This document shows positions 38,801-52,557 of a stretch of DNA of 64,000 nucleotides, one piece after another. Source of the DNA: Centroscyllium fabricii. Taxonomy: Eukaryota. The translations under genes and the position numbers were made by a program. Location of the stretch: contig JBNRSN020000006.1 of NCBI GenBank assembly GCA_051313645.2, forward strand, positions 139,562,001 through 139,626,000, read 5' to 3'. Each line of letters opens with the position of its first letter. Positions within the stretch are counted from its first letter, which is position 1. Below the pieces are notes generated by a model. The model was given only the letters and a program-made list of their open reading frames with translations. It did no database searches and had not been told where the DNA came from.

Positions 38801-41800
38801 TGACACTGCGCTGTCTTAGGACACTCTGCAAAAGCTAAGTAACAATGTCCTCTTCATGGGTAATGAAGAACCATGACAAATGAGACAGAAAAACTATTCG
38901 TTTGCATATGCAAATTCCTATACAAAGGAAACATGTACAAACAAGTGTCGTTGTAAGGTGGATTAGGCAAACAAGGCTTTCTTTTAGGACCCTCTGTAGC
39001 CCTGAACATTAGTCAGCACAATTAACCCAGTTACCATGGTGACTAATGAAATTTTACCATGGTATGAGTTAAATTAGATAACTAGTTATGTGTTTCCTCT
39101 ACCCAACTCAAAATCCATTATTTTCTCCAGAACAATAATGCAATTGTGCTCGGCTGATCTCTGCCAGCTCAACAAGCCTCTAAATTAACAATTTGCATAT
39201 GTTAATATAATTAAGCACTAATTACATGAAAGTTGTACATATTCACATGCTCTTTCCCTGGGTGCTATTTAGCTTGAACTGCAGCCAAGTTTTTAACCCT
39301 AAAAGAGATTCTAACCAAGAAAGAATTGTTGTGTTACACACAGCCCCGGGGTTCAAACGAAAGGACCCTACGCTTAATACATTAAGCCTACTACTAGCTT
39401 CTTGTCTTTCCACCCACAAGAGTTGTTGGTATTGTGGGTATGTGAACTGTACTAACCTGCCAGCATTTCTGACTTCCAATCACAGCTTCACTTGTATCAG
39501 CCGCTGTAGCACAATAATTAACTCACGCCAATTATTCATAGTACCATGATTCATCCAGTTACACTTCCACTTGTGGATTGTACAATGATCTCAAACAGTA
39601 AAGTAATCTGCTCCAAAAAGATGTATTACTGAAAAACTCATAAGCAATTATATAAAATATATGTTTAAAATTATTTTATTGGAATTAGTAGTAAATAGGA
39701 ATTAAATCTATTTGTATTTTTGATGAGCATGAAAAATTCTCCATAAGTGTTATTTATATTGAATCTGAACAAAATAAATTTAAAGTCACACATTCACAAC
39801 AGCAACACATGTGAAATAGATATAACTTTTCAAAGCAAAAGAGAAAGGAATTTTTGGCAAAATGGACATCTTGCATGGATTAAGGACCCTTTGTCCTTTC
39901 TCATATGCATTTCTTTTTGCAGACTAAATTGAGCGAGTCTGCTCCACATTTTTAGGAAGGAACATTTTACACTGAATGGAAAAAATGTTCTGCAGTGTAC
40001 GAAAATTGGTGCAGCTGCATCTGAACTTCATCCAGATGGTTCACAATCATAAAATAGTCTCGCTTTTACTATTTTCTCACATTCTGTTATAAAAGCCTGG
40101 CTGCGTGTTTCCTTTCAATTGAGTGGCTCATACAGAGACAGAGAGAGAGAGAGACACTTGAAATTGACACTGATTCCTGATTTGAGGCCTATACATTCAG
40201 CAATGGATCAGCGGCAGTGGGAATAAGACTGCTCCAGTGAAACAGTAACTGCATTCCAACACCAGTATATGCTCACTGCCCGTACTCCGACGAAGAAAGC
40301 TTCTCGTTCTGGTTTACTGTATATAGGTACAACCACACACACGCACACACAGAGTACATACACAAACTCATGCACAATAAACAAGGTAGAGTTTTTAGAT
40401 TAGAATCGGAAATGTTTTGGTTGTGTAATTTTGCTTTTTGGATTCAGTTTTGCTATTTTATATGTATTTATTGCATTCAAAATTCCAGACAGCTAAAGTA
40501 CTGACTCAAGAGACTTTAACAATTTTAACTGCAACAGGCTAACATATCCGTAAAAGCTACATTGGTCCCGTAGTTACATTTTAACCTACGTTTTGACTTT
40601 ACAAAACTTTTTTTGTATTTTTGGCAGTAAATCTTTTCACTAAATATAACAGCAGTTTGCTGACAGTTTCAATATACACAAATAAAAAAAAAAAATTAAC
40701 AGCATCGTCACGTTGCACTACAGTAGCCTGACTATGTTGCCAGCTTTTACCTGTCAATAACCCAGCACCACAACTTCACTTGGTGATAGAAATATGAAGA
40801 CCCAGTGTCACTAAATATATTCACGCTATTTATAGATCTGACACAAACAATAGCATTAGATATGCTGCTAACTCTTAATAAGTTTGATGGCATCACTTTC
40901 ACGTCAGCAGCAACTTCCTAGTGATAACGTACGCAATCAGAAACATGGATTTTGAGTGGAAAATCTAAGGAAAAATACTAAAAGACTGAGAAAACATCAC
41001 TTCAAAGAAAACAAATTATTGTGTGCTAATCAATTATACCTCTGGACTTCGAAATTAAAATTATTATAACAAGCTAGTTAACTTTTGAACATTTTTATCT
41101 TATTGTTGTCAAAATTCTTTTTGTAAACTATATGATGTATTTACTACTCTGCAGGGTTTTATCATCAAATTAGGTGACAATTATCTTGAATAGTCACCAA
41201 ATTATTTGGCTTCCACTATTAAAAAGAAAGCATAATTATGATTTAGAACATAAATCGATATATGATTAGCACAATATTTTAGGCAACAACCAATGGTATA
41301 AATCTGGCTTTCTCAGGCCTTTAACTTATCACAGGTCAAATGCACAACTGAGCATGTGCTGACAGAGATGACCAGATTCCTTGGGACACCTTCAATGTTT
41401 CAAGCTTTAGGAAAGAAAGAGATGGGAATAAAAGGTTGCAACAAGCCGCTGTGCAGTGAAGGATTTTAAATCACTAAGCCTCTTCTAATAGACTTGAGAC
41501 TTATTGAGGTAGAAACCATAAAAAATGAAGAAGGGAAATTTAATCCCTGAAATATTGATTTGCACATTAATATCATATAGGGTGAGGGCAATTTGGCTTC
41601 ATGGAAATGACACATTGTCGACCCTCGGTGAAGTCAGAACCAATCTTACTGCTGAACATGTCTGAATCTCAGGAGTTATTAAGGGCTTTCCTTCTTGCCT
41701 TTATGAGTTTTCCTCTGCCTACCAATTCCATGTTAAATGTATTATCTTTAAGAAATAATTGTAAAACCTCAGGGGTTTTTCCAGTTAATGGAAGGGAGGC

Positions 41801-42699
41801 TAAACCACATCAGATTCTGAAATGCAACATTAAACCCTTGCAATCAACAAAGCCACCTCAGTTCTGCTTCCATCCAATGCAGGCTATAATATTGTTATTG
41901 TGGATAATCTAATTTCACTGTGTAAGTTTTAGCTTATGGTTAAAGTGCCAAGAGAATATTACAGAATATATGAACTGATTCACCCGGCCCTTTTTATTTG
42001 ATTAGCCATTTTGCAACATAAGGTTTTTAAGAATATCAATACAAAATTAAAGAAAATTATTGCATACAAACAGACGTTTCTTGCAGCATTTTGTAAAACG
42101 CTTAACTGCACAATCTGAGCGGATAAGGTTCTAATTTAATTGTGGATGAAACATGGCAAATGTCAATGACAGTACTGCATGATAATAATCTATACAAATC
42201 TCATTCTTAATCATTCCAAAATCAACAACGTTTAATAAGTTAACCTACTGTATTTGCAACTATTGTTACTAGCCTCAAAGATTTTATTAAGGCCGTTGGC
42301 TAAATAATCTTAGAACAAAAACAAACCCTTATTATATCAACCAAAATGTCTCTAATGGTGTGTAAAACGAATTTAATATGTTCGCATTTGGCACCGTTCA
42401 TTACTGAAAAATAACCTGTGTCGTCCAAGAGAAAAAGATGGAAAACAAAGAACGTTTCGCACGAAATACCTCTGTCGCTATGTGTCCCTGTGTTCATATA
42501 CATAATCCATATGTACCTGTGTCTATATAGATATGCATTTAGTCACTGCAAAATCCATCGGATGTACCTTTTAGAAGTACAGAAAAGATTGTATCGCAGA
42601 TCAACTCGCCAGTCTAAGCCGCACTGTGTGTATTGTGTTTCCTTTTAGACCTTTATAGACATTATAGGGGGAAAAGGGAAAGTGTTTATTTCTGATGGT

Positions 42700-45600
42700 G
42701 ACGGTTTTAGATAATTGAGCCCTTTCGTATCAAAAATTGTAAACAATTCTTCGGAAACTTGGAAATTAGACGTTTCCACGCGACGTTTCGGTACCTATTC
42801 TATTTCTGAACCTTTCTATTTTTAGCCTAGATTCCGAGTGTTTTTTTTTGTCTGTGCCCACAGTTGCTACTGGAGTGATGAAGGGGAGAGAGTGCGTTAC
42901 ATACCCAGCCTTTGCTCTGAGTTTAAACGATCGATCCCCGTGTCACTGTCGTGTCCCAATCGCAGAAGTCTGCCCCGAACGAAAAGGCAGGGCTACTATA
43001 TACGAGCTTCAATAATAATCACAAAATACAGAACACAGCGGAGTTAAGGCAAAGGGAGATGAGGCGCGGATTTAGCTGTCTGGAGCTCCGAATCGTGTTC
43101 GGAAAGATACTTAGAGACATGCAGGGATGAGTCGAAACGGATAATGTGCGATACAAATTGGGGACGAAGAGTTTGGCTCGGCTTTTGCCAGAAACAGCAG
43201 TAGTTGCTTATGGAAACAGACACACAGAGAGAAAGAGTGAGAGACAGACAGACACACACACACACACACACAGGCTGAACCAGAGGCCAGGGGAGCGTGG
43301 CTGCCTTCAAGTTCATCATCATCACCATGAGAGCATCACCCGGCAATAAACCCAACCTGCTGCTGCCGCTGCCTTCCAAGCCAGGCTGGTGCAGGACTTC
43401 AGTCCGGCCGAGCTGCCTCCACTCCCTCAGCCATCCAGCAGCCGGCCCACATACTGCCAGGTAACAACAAAAAACAACAGAAGAAGACAGAAAACTAATG
43501 CTGTTTAAATGGGGGGTCGTTCCTCTCGGAAAGAATGTTTTAAAAAACCCCGAGAATTATTATTTTAGTAAAGGTGGGGGGGGGGGTCCTGGAGGTCGAT
43601 GGTCGCCGTTGGTTAAAAAGGCAACAGTTTTTTTGTACAAATGATTTGTTTTTTAAAGAGGAACTAACTGGGTGGTTGTTGTAATTGCAACTGGCAAGCG
43701 GCTCGTTGTGAAAGGCGGCAGGGGGAAAGTGAAGAGTTGAGCGCTGGAGGACAGAAAAGTGCGGGGCTTGGGGCAGCGTCGCCAGCTTTTTCTGTCTCTC
43801 TGGCTCGGGACAGAAACTGCTTCTTCCGAGACCCCCGAAAGACTGAGCAAGTTGTGTCTGGAAGTAGTTTGCCTGGGAGGCGAGGCAATCTGACAGCCCG
43901 ATCTGTCTCTGATGTGTATCTACATGTCCTGAAAGTCCCACGATCGCACTTGTGTAAACACCAGGTACCCGATTTCTCCGAGAGAGAGAGAGAACAGATC
44001 CTAATTAAAGCGCATTTAGAAACAATTCCATTTTTGTAATGTTTTTTGAGAGAGAGAGAGAAAGCCTCCCCAGCCCAGTCTGTAGTGCGAGTCGCTAACG
44101 CGGCTCATTGTGTTTCCCGATACAATGCTGGCTTACCGCTTAATAAAGTGCAACTTACTATTTTCCCTCGCAGCCTCTTCTTCTTCTTTATTTGTTTTTA
44201 TATAATGACATTAATTATTGTCACATCCACTGGCCCCCCGATTGTTTTTTTTAAATCAAAAGGATCCCGGGCCAGGAGCGAGCCGGAGGTGAAGCGGTCC
44301 TTTGGGCCCGGCTGTGTGAGCACTCTGTGCAGCGTGCGACCGCAAACGCAAAAGGGAAACTGCAAATGAAAATCCGATATATCTTTATTCTGCTAATTAT
44401 TTTGCCCTGTAAAAAATGGCTGATTAAGTTGAGTGCGCATGTGTCTTCATTACCGATGCACGACGGGAAGGTGTAATTAGTGAGGTGATCAACATTCAAA
44501 AGATTGGACTTGACGCTTTGAAGTTGAAGCCACGGTGGCCCGATCGTGGAAAAGTCAGAAACATGACCCACAACAGACAGTCAGACACACACCGAGCCAC
44601 AGAGAGAGGGGGACAGACACACAGACAGACAGACACAGGGCACCGCTCAGCTCAGCTCCCGCATCACTACAAAGACAAAGACACACACACACATTCACAA
44701 TCTCTCTCTCTGATTTAACACCAGCAAGAAAGAGGAAAAAAAACACAATTACAGCACTGGGGCGATTAATGCACCCACACACACACACACTCATTGCCAC
44801 AAACTCAGAAAGCGGATTCACCAAAACGAAACAAAAAAAGTCACCTAATATACAAAGGTCGACATCCGTGCACTGGGGGGAGGGAGAGAGGGAGGGGGGA
44901 TCCTGACTCGATTCACCGGGAATTTTTTTTTGAAAAACAAGTATGTGTCTGTGTGTCTGTCTGTGTGTGTGTCTGTGTGTGTGTGTCTGTGTCTGTGTGT
45001 GTAGCCGCTGTGTAAATACAATGAGAAGCAATTTGAATCGTAATTGAAAGTAAGGGGAGAGCGAAAAGTCATCAACTCGCAAAAAAGCGAGATTCTTGCT
45101 TGAAAACGGGAGCTTTTTTTTTAAGTTTGGAAATTAAAATAAAAACTCCTTCCGTGGTTTCTCAGGAAAAATATGTGTAGAAAATAATTCGCGCCTGCGA
45201 TCCTAAATAATAGTGTTTCGCTTGGCTTTAAAAAACATATCTAATGAGGGCATTCAAATCAAAAACTCAAAAAATACCAAATCAAAAGCTCAGAAAATAC
45301 CAGGGCAAATAACCCGAATAAGGTTAAAAAATCAAAAACCCAGCCTCGTCGCTTTCACACTAATCGCTTCTTTTCAATGAAACACTACCTGTATTGATCG
45401 CCTTGATATCTGATCTACTGACGTGACTTTGCAACAGCAATCTAAATTACAATTTTCCTCTATTTTAATGTTTGTGTCTATATCCCTGATTGTATTTAAA
45501 CTGAAATAACGCGTGGCTGTCGCGGGGGCTGATTTTGTTTCAGATAGGTCTTAACAGCTGGCAAACCCTACCTTTTATTTTGTTCTCTTCTGTCCCTCAC

Positions 45601-47600
45601 CCTTAATAGTCGCTATCGAATAAGACACTAAGGATGTTAATCGTTATGAGAAAATCAGGAGATCACCACTTATCTGGGGGAAAATCGAAGGCACTTTATT
45701 CAGAGCTAGGTTAGAGGATATGATAAGGCTGGGTGAGATAGAGTAGGACTGTAGTCGCACATGTTTCTCTCTGTCCATTTCTCTCGCACTCTATTCCTCC
45801 CTCTTTCTGTTCCATGCTGTTGTGTACCGAGGTCTCTATCAGGGTCTCTGTGTACGGTGGCCGCCAGTAGCCCTCAATCCAGCTTCTTGATCTCTCCCCT
45901 TGTCTATCACATCGCCTCTCTCTGTGGGACTCGCTGATCGCTCCACACCAACCCATCAGCACTGCTTAAATGTTAGGGACCCGTGCTCCAGACACCTCGA
46001 TAACCCTCACTCCCCCCGGGGGCTATTTGCCAAAGGCGCTGTGTTAACTATTTTTTTAAACCTCAGTACCTTGTTCAAAAGCCGATAACAATCCATACAT
46101 TGCTGCTCCGCAGTGGACAATACACAAAACTATATTTTCCTACACTCAGTGGATAAAGCTAAGAATGATGTGCTAAGACAAAACGATTTACCATATCAAC
46201 GATAAAGATATATTGATCGGCTTGAACTTCCAACAACAAACTTATTTAGTCTTTAAGTTACGGTTCAACCTGCTAGACTGTGTGGATCCTATAAAAAACA
46301 GAAAAATGCCACACAAGACTAAAACTTTTGCAATAATAAACACTTTGCTTAGTGTAGTAACGGCTATTCTATAATACTTTCCAAAGCGATTTAAATCTAA
46401 AACATTCTCACTGGATAAAACGCGCTTCTTAAATTTCTCGGTATTATCGCACACGATCCACGATTCAATCCACTAATTCCATTTGAAAGAACGCATTCTT
46501 AAAACATTTTTTTAAAATATAAAGTGTTAGACAGTCATTTCAGGATTCCATTTAGATATACATTTTAACACGTTAAAAAGTCGTCCGTGCATTACCTGCG
46601 TTTCATCTCCAGCTCTATCAATCCTTTATTCTATAGATCTTTGTAATTTGATTTTAGGGATTTATTTTGTACACAAAGTGGCAGATCTTTTTTCTCTCTC
46701 TCTGTTGAAGGGAAATGTATACGATGAACACGCCTGGCGCCCTCTGGGGCTTAAAAGGTCATCACTTTGACAGCAGGCTGACCATCATCTCCTCCTGGGT
46801 TCGGCCCATTGTTTATAAACACAGAAATATATACACCATTTCCTATCACTTAACAACAGAAATTTCACTTTCTATCCTGGACAATTCATACCACCCAACA
46901 CACAAGACGCGCAATAATGAATACTTATATAATGTAACATTTTCAAACCATAAATTGTTCAACTTTTGTTAGAAGCATAGACAACAAAAGGTAATTTGAA
47001 GAAAAAGTATTTTTTTTACCTCAGGAGTTTTATCGATCACTTCTTTCTCGGACACCCTCATTTAAAACGAACTAAAAACGTTTGCAAAAACCCACGGATT
47101 TGAAAGGTTGTCATCCCCAAAGTGTCCAGCGCGGCAGGCCCAGTAGAAAACTGTGATAAATAAATTGGGGACTGAGTGCTGCCTCTCTCAATGCGGACTT
47201 ATCTGACTTTAATTTAATATTCCGCAATCATATTTTATAACGCAAATAATTCACGCCTATATTTCCAGCGATTTTGCATGGAACCCAAGGATTGCATTTA
47301 CCCGCGTCTAATCCACAGCAGATATAAATGAGTACATTGATCATTCGACATTTACTATCACTTTATGTTTTTGTTGATCATTGTAAAACCTTTTCAGTAT
47401 TTTTTAATATCTGACAACCCATACTTCCGATTTCCCGAGATCTCGAAAGAAAACAAATTAAATTATCACACCACCAAATCGTTAAATAATCTATAATCGA
47501 GTAATATAGACTAGATGTACCCTATGTAAAACACTACCGTTATCCGATTGATCTCGTCTTGGATCGATTCGATAAACGGAAATCTATCAAAGCGTTTAAA
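42700..47600. promoter_or_regulatory. CpG-rich region, probable ZFHX4 promoter / non-coding first exon zone
   Basis: Visible rise in CpG frequency versus flanks, CA/GA microsatellites, TE-free, about 23-28 kb upstream of the acceptor of the ATG-bearing exon. Exact TSS not determinable. Confidence 0.6.
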
Positions 47601-48429
47601 TGTGACATATCATTTACAATCAAACATTTCCGCCCACAACGAAAAAAGGGTTATTTCATGTGAAAAAGAAACAAATACAATACTTGGCTTAGTCTATTGA
47701 TCAAAGGAGTGAAATTAACTTATATTAATCATAAACTCCACAAGTACAGCATGTATTTACGATCTTGTTTTTACAAATACTGCCTATTTAAATAATTTAT
47801 ATCCCAATATTTTAAACGCCTGATTCAAAATTAAACCGAAATAAATGACCCATTTCGCATTGTGTGCTAAAAACAATGCACAAAGCATTGTTTTCGTTGG
47901 TGTTTTTTTTGTAATATGACAACCTCCTGCAAACAGCACCGAGTTTAAATTGTACAGTGGTATAAATATTTAAAAAAAAGAACTGTTACCACGATGTTTT
48001 AGCACCCTGGATTCTATAAGACTATAAACGCTCACTAAACATCTTTGAACAATGTTCTGTGATGAAATGGAGACACATATCAGATTTATATTTGCTCTGC
48101 AGGACCATGCTAATCCCCGCTTTACCCATGTCTATGTTAGGCTCCACAACACTCTTGTTTCAGATCTCCATTTTTTCTTCAAAAATTCCACTAAATGGCG
48201 ACTATCAAATTCTGACAATGTAAATTCGAACTGTTGCTGTACAATCGTTATTTTTATTTGTTAAAGAAAATCGATGAAATTGCCTCTAAAGTACTTAGTG
48301 AGGCGTGTTTGTACCGACTAGGGGAGAATACTAAATACAGTGGTTGGTCGATGAAAATTGAGTGGTTAGGAAATGTTTAAGTACACGCTCCTTAACGCTT
48401 GACTTGGTGACTGAAATGCTGCCGCTCTG

Positions 48430-49830
48430 ATCTTTCTCACTCCTCTTTTTCCCTTTTTCTCACTCTTTTGTGTGTGTGTGTGTTTTAAATCAGCAGCCTC
48501 CCTTTTTGTCCACCTCCTGTCTTCTTTCATCCTTAAACTCTTTTCTGTTCCCTTTCAGATTCCTCTTCCTCCTCCCGGGCTCTCTTCATTTGATTCCTTT
48601 CCCACTGGCTTTCCTTTCGCGTTTTTATTTTTTTTATCATTCAATTTAATTTTCTGCCATGCTCCCATCTCCTCAGGTTTTATTCTTAGCTACCCCGTAA
48701 TTAGACCCCGACGCAAAATATTCCCTTCATTTACCCGACTCGCCTTTCACACTTTCCTGTCGTAATTTTATTTATGTTCACCTCCCCCTCTATTTAGTAC
48801 TTTATTTTAATTTTCTTTCCCCGATTTAGACCATAACGTCCCTCGAACTTCCTCTCTCCGTCTTCCACGAATGTCTCGCTTCCCTTTGATGTTTCCTTCA
48901 TCTTTCCATCCTTCCTCTTTTCCCATTCTCCATCCCTCCTTATTTTTCTCATTCGTTTTCCGATCTGCTCTTCATTTCTCCGCTCTCCCATCCCAGCCCT
49001 GTCTCTGGTCCTCTGCCTACAATATCCATTCGTTCTTTCCCCTCTCCCAGGATTGAAGTCCTCCCAATCTCTCTCCCTGCCCTGTTGTCAATTCCTCCTC
49101 CTTTCTACCCCTTCCTCCACTCTGCGGCCGGACCTGTGTCCTCCCTGTATTTGCCTCACGTTCTCACACTTCCTTGTTGTTCTTCCTCTTCTTCTCACTT
49201 TCTTTCTATTTTCTCTTTGTTTCTGCATTTCATCACCTTCGCCCCGCGTGGTCTCATGTTGTTTCCAAGTGCATTGTTATAATCTCTGGTGACAGGTTCA
49301 CTGTTTCTGTTGTTCCTCGTTCCTCCCATGTTCACTTTCTGTATCTCTTCCTTTATTTTCTCACCTCCTCTATCGGTCTCTCCTTCACTTTTTCTTCCCC
49401 CTTGTATTTTATCGTTTTCTCTCCATTTATACTAACATTGTCATTCTATTTTCTCATTCTATTTCTCACTTGCTTCCAGCCGAAATTTCTCACTTACTCT
49501 CAGTTTCTCACTGCATTTTCTGTAACTCTATTTTCCCTGCATCGCGTTGTATTTTTTCCAATTTTCTGTAAATTTCACTGACACGTCTCTTCCAACATTT
49601 TCACCCTATTGCGAACTTGCATTTTTCTCTTTCCCCGTTTTTTTCTCCCTTTCTCTTTCTCACTTTCTCTCGGCATTTATTCACGTTCGTTCTGCATTTC
49701 TTGCTTTCTTTTCTGTGCATTCTCGCTCTTTCCTGCATCTCTCTCAACCACTCCCTGCACGTAACTTACTTTCATTCTGCCCTGTAATACTCTCTCGGCC
49801 TAAATGGTTCTCACTTTTCCCCCCTGCATG
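48430..49830. repeat. Pyrimidine-rich low-complexity tract
   Basis: About 1.4 kb of strong C/T skew on the + strand with no periodic unit. Confidence 0.8.
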
Positions 49831-50231
49831 CAGACTGGAAGCACGAGGAGGGACTGCCTCTTCCCGCGCAAAATCGCCTATTAGGCAACCCCTCGCTGAT
49901 TGGATAGCGGCACGCAGGTCAACGGTTGATGCCACGGCAACCATCAAGGCAAGATTCCGAGCTCTGAACAAAGTGCCAATCTGCACAGCTAGCCAGCCAT
50001 TGGCTGCAACTGCACAGCATACTTTGAAACCCAAGCCTTTCTTTGTATTTAAAAAAAACCTTAAAAAATAGTATTACATTTTAATCCTAGATAGGTATTC
50101 ATATACACAAATATTGATTGTCATTTTTGTACAACCTAGATAGAAGTAATGTTCTATAACTACAAATACTTTTAAGGCCAGTGAATATATATTTCAAAGT
50201 AATTTAAAAAAATGTCTGCTGTTCTAATTTT

Positions 50232-51170
50232 ACATTCCTGGGATCTGGGCATTGCTGGCAAGGCTGGCATGTATTGCTCATCCCCAGTTGCTCTGAAAAA
50301 GCCACCTTCTTGAACCGCTGCAGTCCTGTGTGGTGAATGCTCCCACAATGCTGTTAGATAGGCAATTCCAGGATTTTGACCCAGCGATGTTGAAGGAATG
50401 CCGAAATATGTCCAAGTCAGGATGGTGTGTGACTTGGAGGGGAACTTGGAAGCCATGGTGTTCCCATGCATCTGTTGCCTTTGTCCTTCTAGGTGGTGGA
50501 GATCACGGCTTTGGGAGGTAAATGCCGAAGAAATCTTGGTAAGTTTCTGTAGTGCATCCTGTAGATAGTACACATTGTAGCCAAGGAGGAGGTGTACATT
50601 TAGACTAGTGGATAAGGTGCCAATATGGTGGGTTGCTTTATCCTGGATGGTGTTGAACTACTTGAGTGTTGTTGCTGCTGCACCCATCTAGGCAACTGGA
50701 GAGCAATGTTCCCTGTAATTTTGTTTGGCCCTGCACGGCCATTTTAAGGTGCTGCACGGGCCATTCAAAATACAGTGCATGCGCAGTTTTTACATTGAAA
50801 AGCCGGCAAGCCAGCTGCACGGGTTCCCTGGAGCAAGGCATGGTTGCATAGTTTAAAGGGAACATTGGTGGAGAGTATTCCACACCCCTGACTTGTGCCT
50901 TGTAGATGGTGGAGAGGATTTGGGGAATCAGGAAGTAAGCCACGCGGTGCAGAATACTCAGTCTCTGATCTGCTCTAGTAGTTACGGCATTTATGTGGCT
51001 GTTCCAGTTGAATTTCTGGTCAATGGTGATCCCCAGGATGTTGATGGTGAAGGACTAATGAATGGTACTGCCATTGAATGTCAGGGGGAGGTGGTTAGGC
51101 TCTCTCTTGTTGGATATGGCTATTGCCTGTCACAAATGTTACCTGCCACTTATCAGCCCAAGCCTAGATG
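50232..51170 (-). mobile_element. Old CR1/L2-type LINE 3' fragment
   Basis: LSTIYKAQVR..EYSP, MYYLQD-type segments and WNSLP-like remnant; interrupted by a MITE. Confidence 0.7.
50704..50867. mobile_element. hAT-type MITE
   Basis: Perfect 11-bp TIRs CAATGTTCCCT / AGGGAACATTG and 8-bp TSD CTGGAGAG / GTGGAGAG (7/8). Confidence 0.85.
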
Positions 51171-51177
51171 GGCACTA

Positions 51178-51856
51178 TTCATAGAGTCATGGAGTCATAA
51201 TGGCACAGAAGGATGCCATTCGCCCATCGAGTCCATGCTGGCTCTCTGTTGAGCAATCCAATCAGTCCCATTTCCCCGCTCTATCCCTGTTTCCCTGCAA
51301 GTTTATTTCCCTCAAGTGCCTATCCTGTCTCCCCTTGAAAACATTGAGTGTGTCCGCTTCCACCACTTCCATCGGCAGCGAGTTCCAGGTCTTTACTACT
51401 CACTGTGTAAAAAGGTTTTCCCTCACATCCCCCCGTATCTCTTGCCTAAAACTTTAAATCTGTGTCCCCTAATCCTTGCACCATCAACTAGTGGGAATAA
51501 CCATTCCCCAAACCCATCATAATCTTGTACACCTCTATCAATTCACTCCTCAACCTCCTTTGCTCTAATGAAAACAAATCCAGCTTCTCCAACCTGTCCT
51601 TGTAGCTAAGATCGCCCATCCCCGGAACCATTCTGGTAAATCTCCTCTGTGCCCTCTCAAGGGCCTTCACATCCTTCCTAAAGAGTGGTGACCAGAATTG
51701 GATGCAATACTCCAGTTGTGGCCTAACCTGCGCTTTATAAAGGTTCAACATAACTTCTCTACTTTTGTACTCAATACCTCTATTAATAAAATCCAAGATC
51801 CCATATGCTTTGCTAACTCTCTCAATATGTCCTGCCACCTTCAGGGACCTATGCAA
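51178..51856 (-). mobile_element. CR1 LINE 3' fragment
   Basis: VRPQLEYCIQFWSP...LEQRRLR and CATAGAGT tail. Confidence 0.85.
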
Positions 51857-52557
51857 TATTAGCCACTACAGAATTGATTGGGTTAACAGAAAGGTTGTGG
51901 TTTATAACCAAAATGAAGATATAGTTTAATTCTAGTTACAATATCTGGAAACTCAAAATCATTCATAGCATGAAAATAATGCATACATTTTAGATCAGTT
52001 GTTCTGAGCATTTATTATAAGATGTCAAAAGTGAATAAATAACAATAAAATCTGAAATAACTTTAAAAAAAACCTTGTATTATGGCAGACAGCCTGTAAT
52101 TGTATAATGGTTTAGACCAGTGTTGTTCAATACGTTAGCCATAAACCACATGTGGTTAATTAAGAATGCAGATGTAGATTATTGCATTGACACTGCTGTT
52201 GGGCATGTGATCATTATACACATGGCGCATGCATATGTACTTCAACCTTTTTTGTTTTTGTTTGTAAAATGGTAAGACAAAAAGCAGAGTGTGTGTTTTT
52301 GGTGAGCTGGACTGATAACTCACCAGTGAAGGAAACAGTAGTGAGTTATGGTCATTCTTTGGAGTAGAGATATTTATCAAACTTCAGTGGTGGTCATAAT
52401 TTATTCTATTTCTAACACACATTTAAAATATAACTTTAAAACAATTTTACATGACAGGATATGTTCAGAAAAATAAAATATGTTTTCACTGTTTCCTGAG
52501 AAGATATGTGATACAATACTCAATTCAACACTTTTACTTTGTACTTTCTGTATAAAG

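Noticed and set aside
43044-45082. Cluster of 65-175-aa ORFs
   Set aside because: Stop-poor GC-rich and microsatellite sequence; no recognisable domains.
49053-50071. Hydrophobic, membrane-protein-like ORFs
   Set aside because: Artefact of the C/T-rich tract (Phe/Leu/Ser codons).
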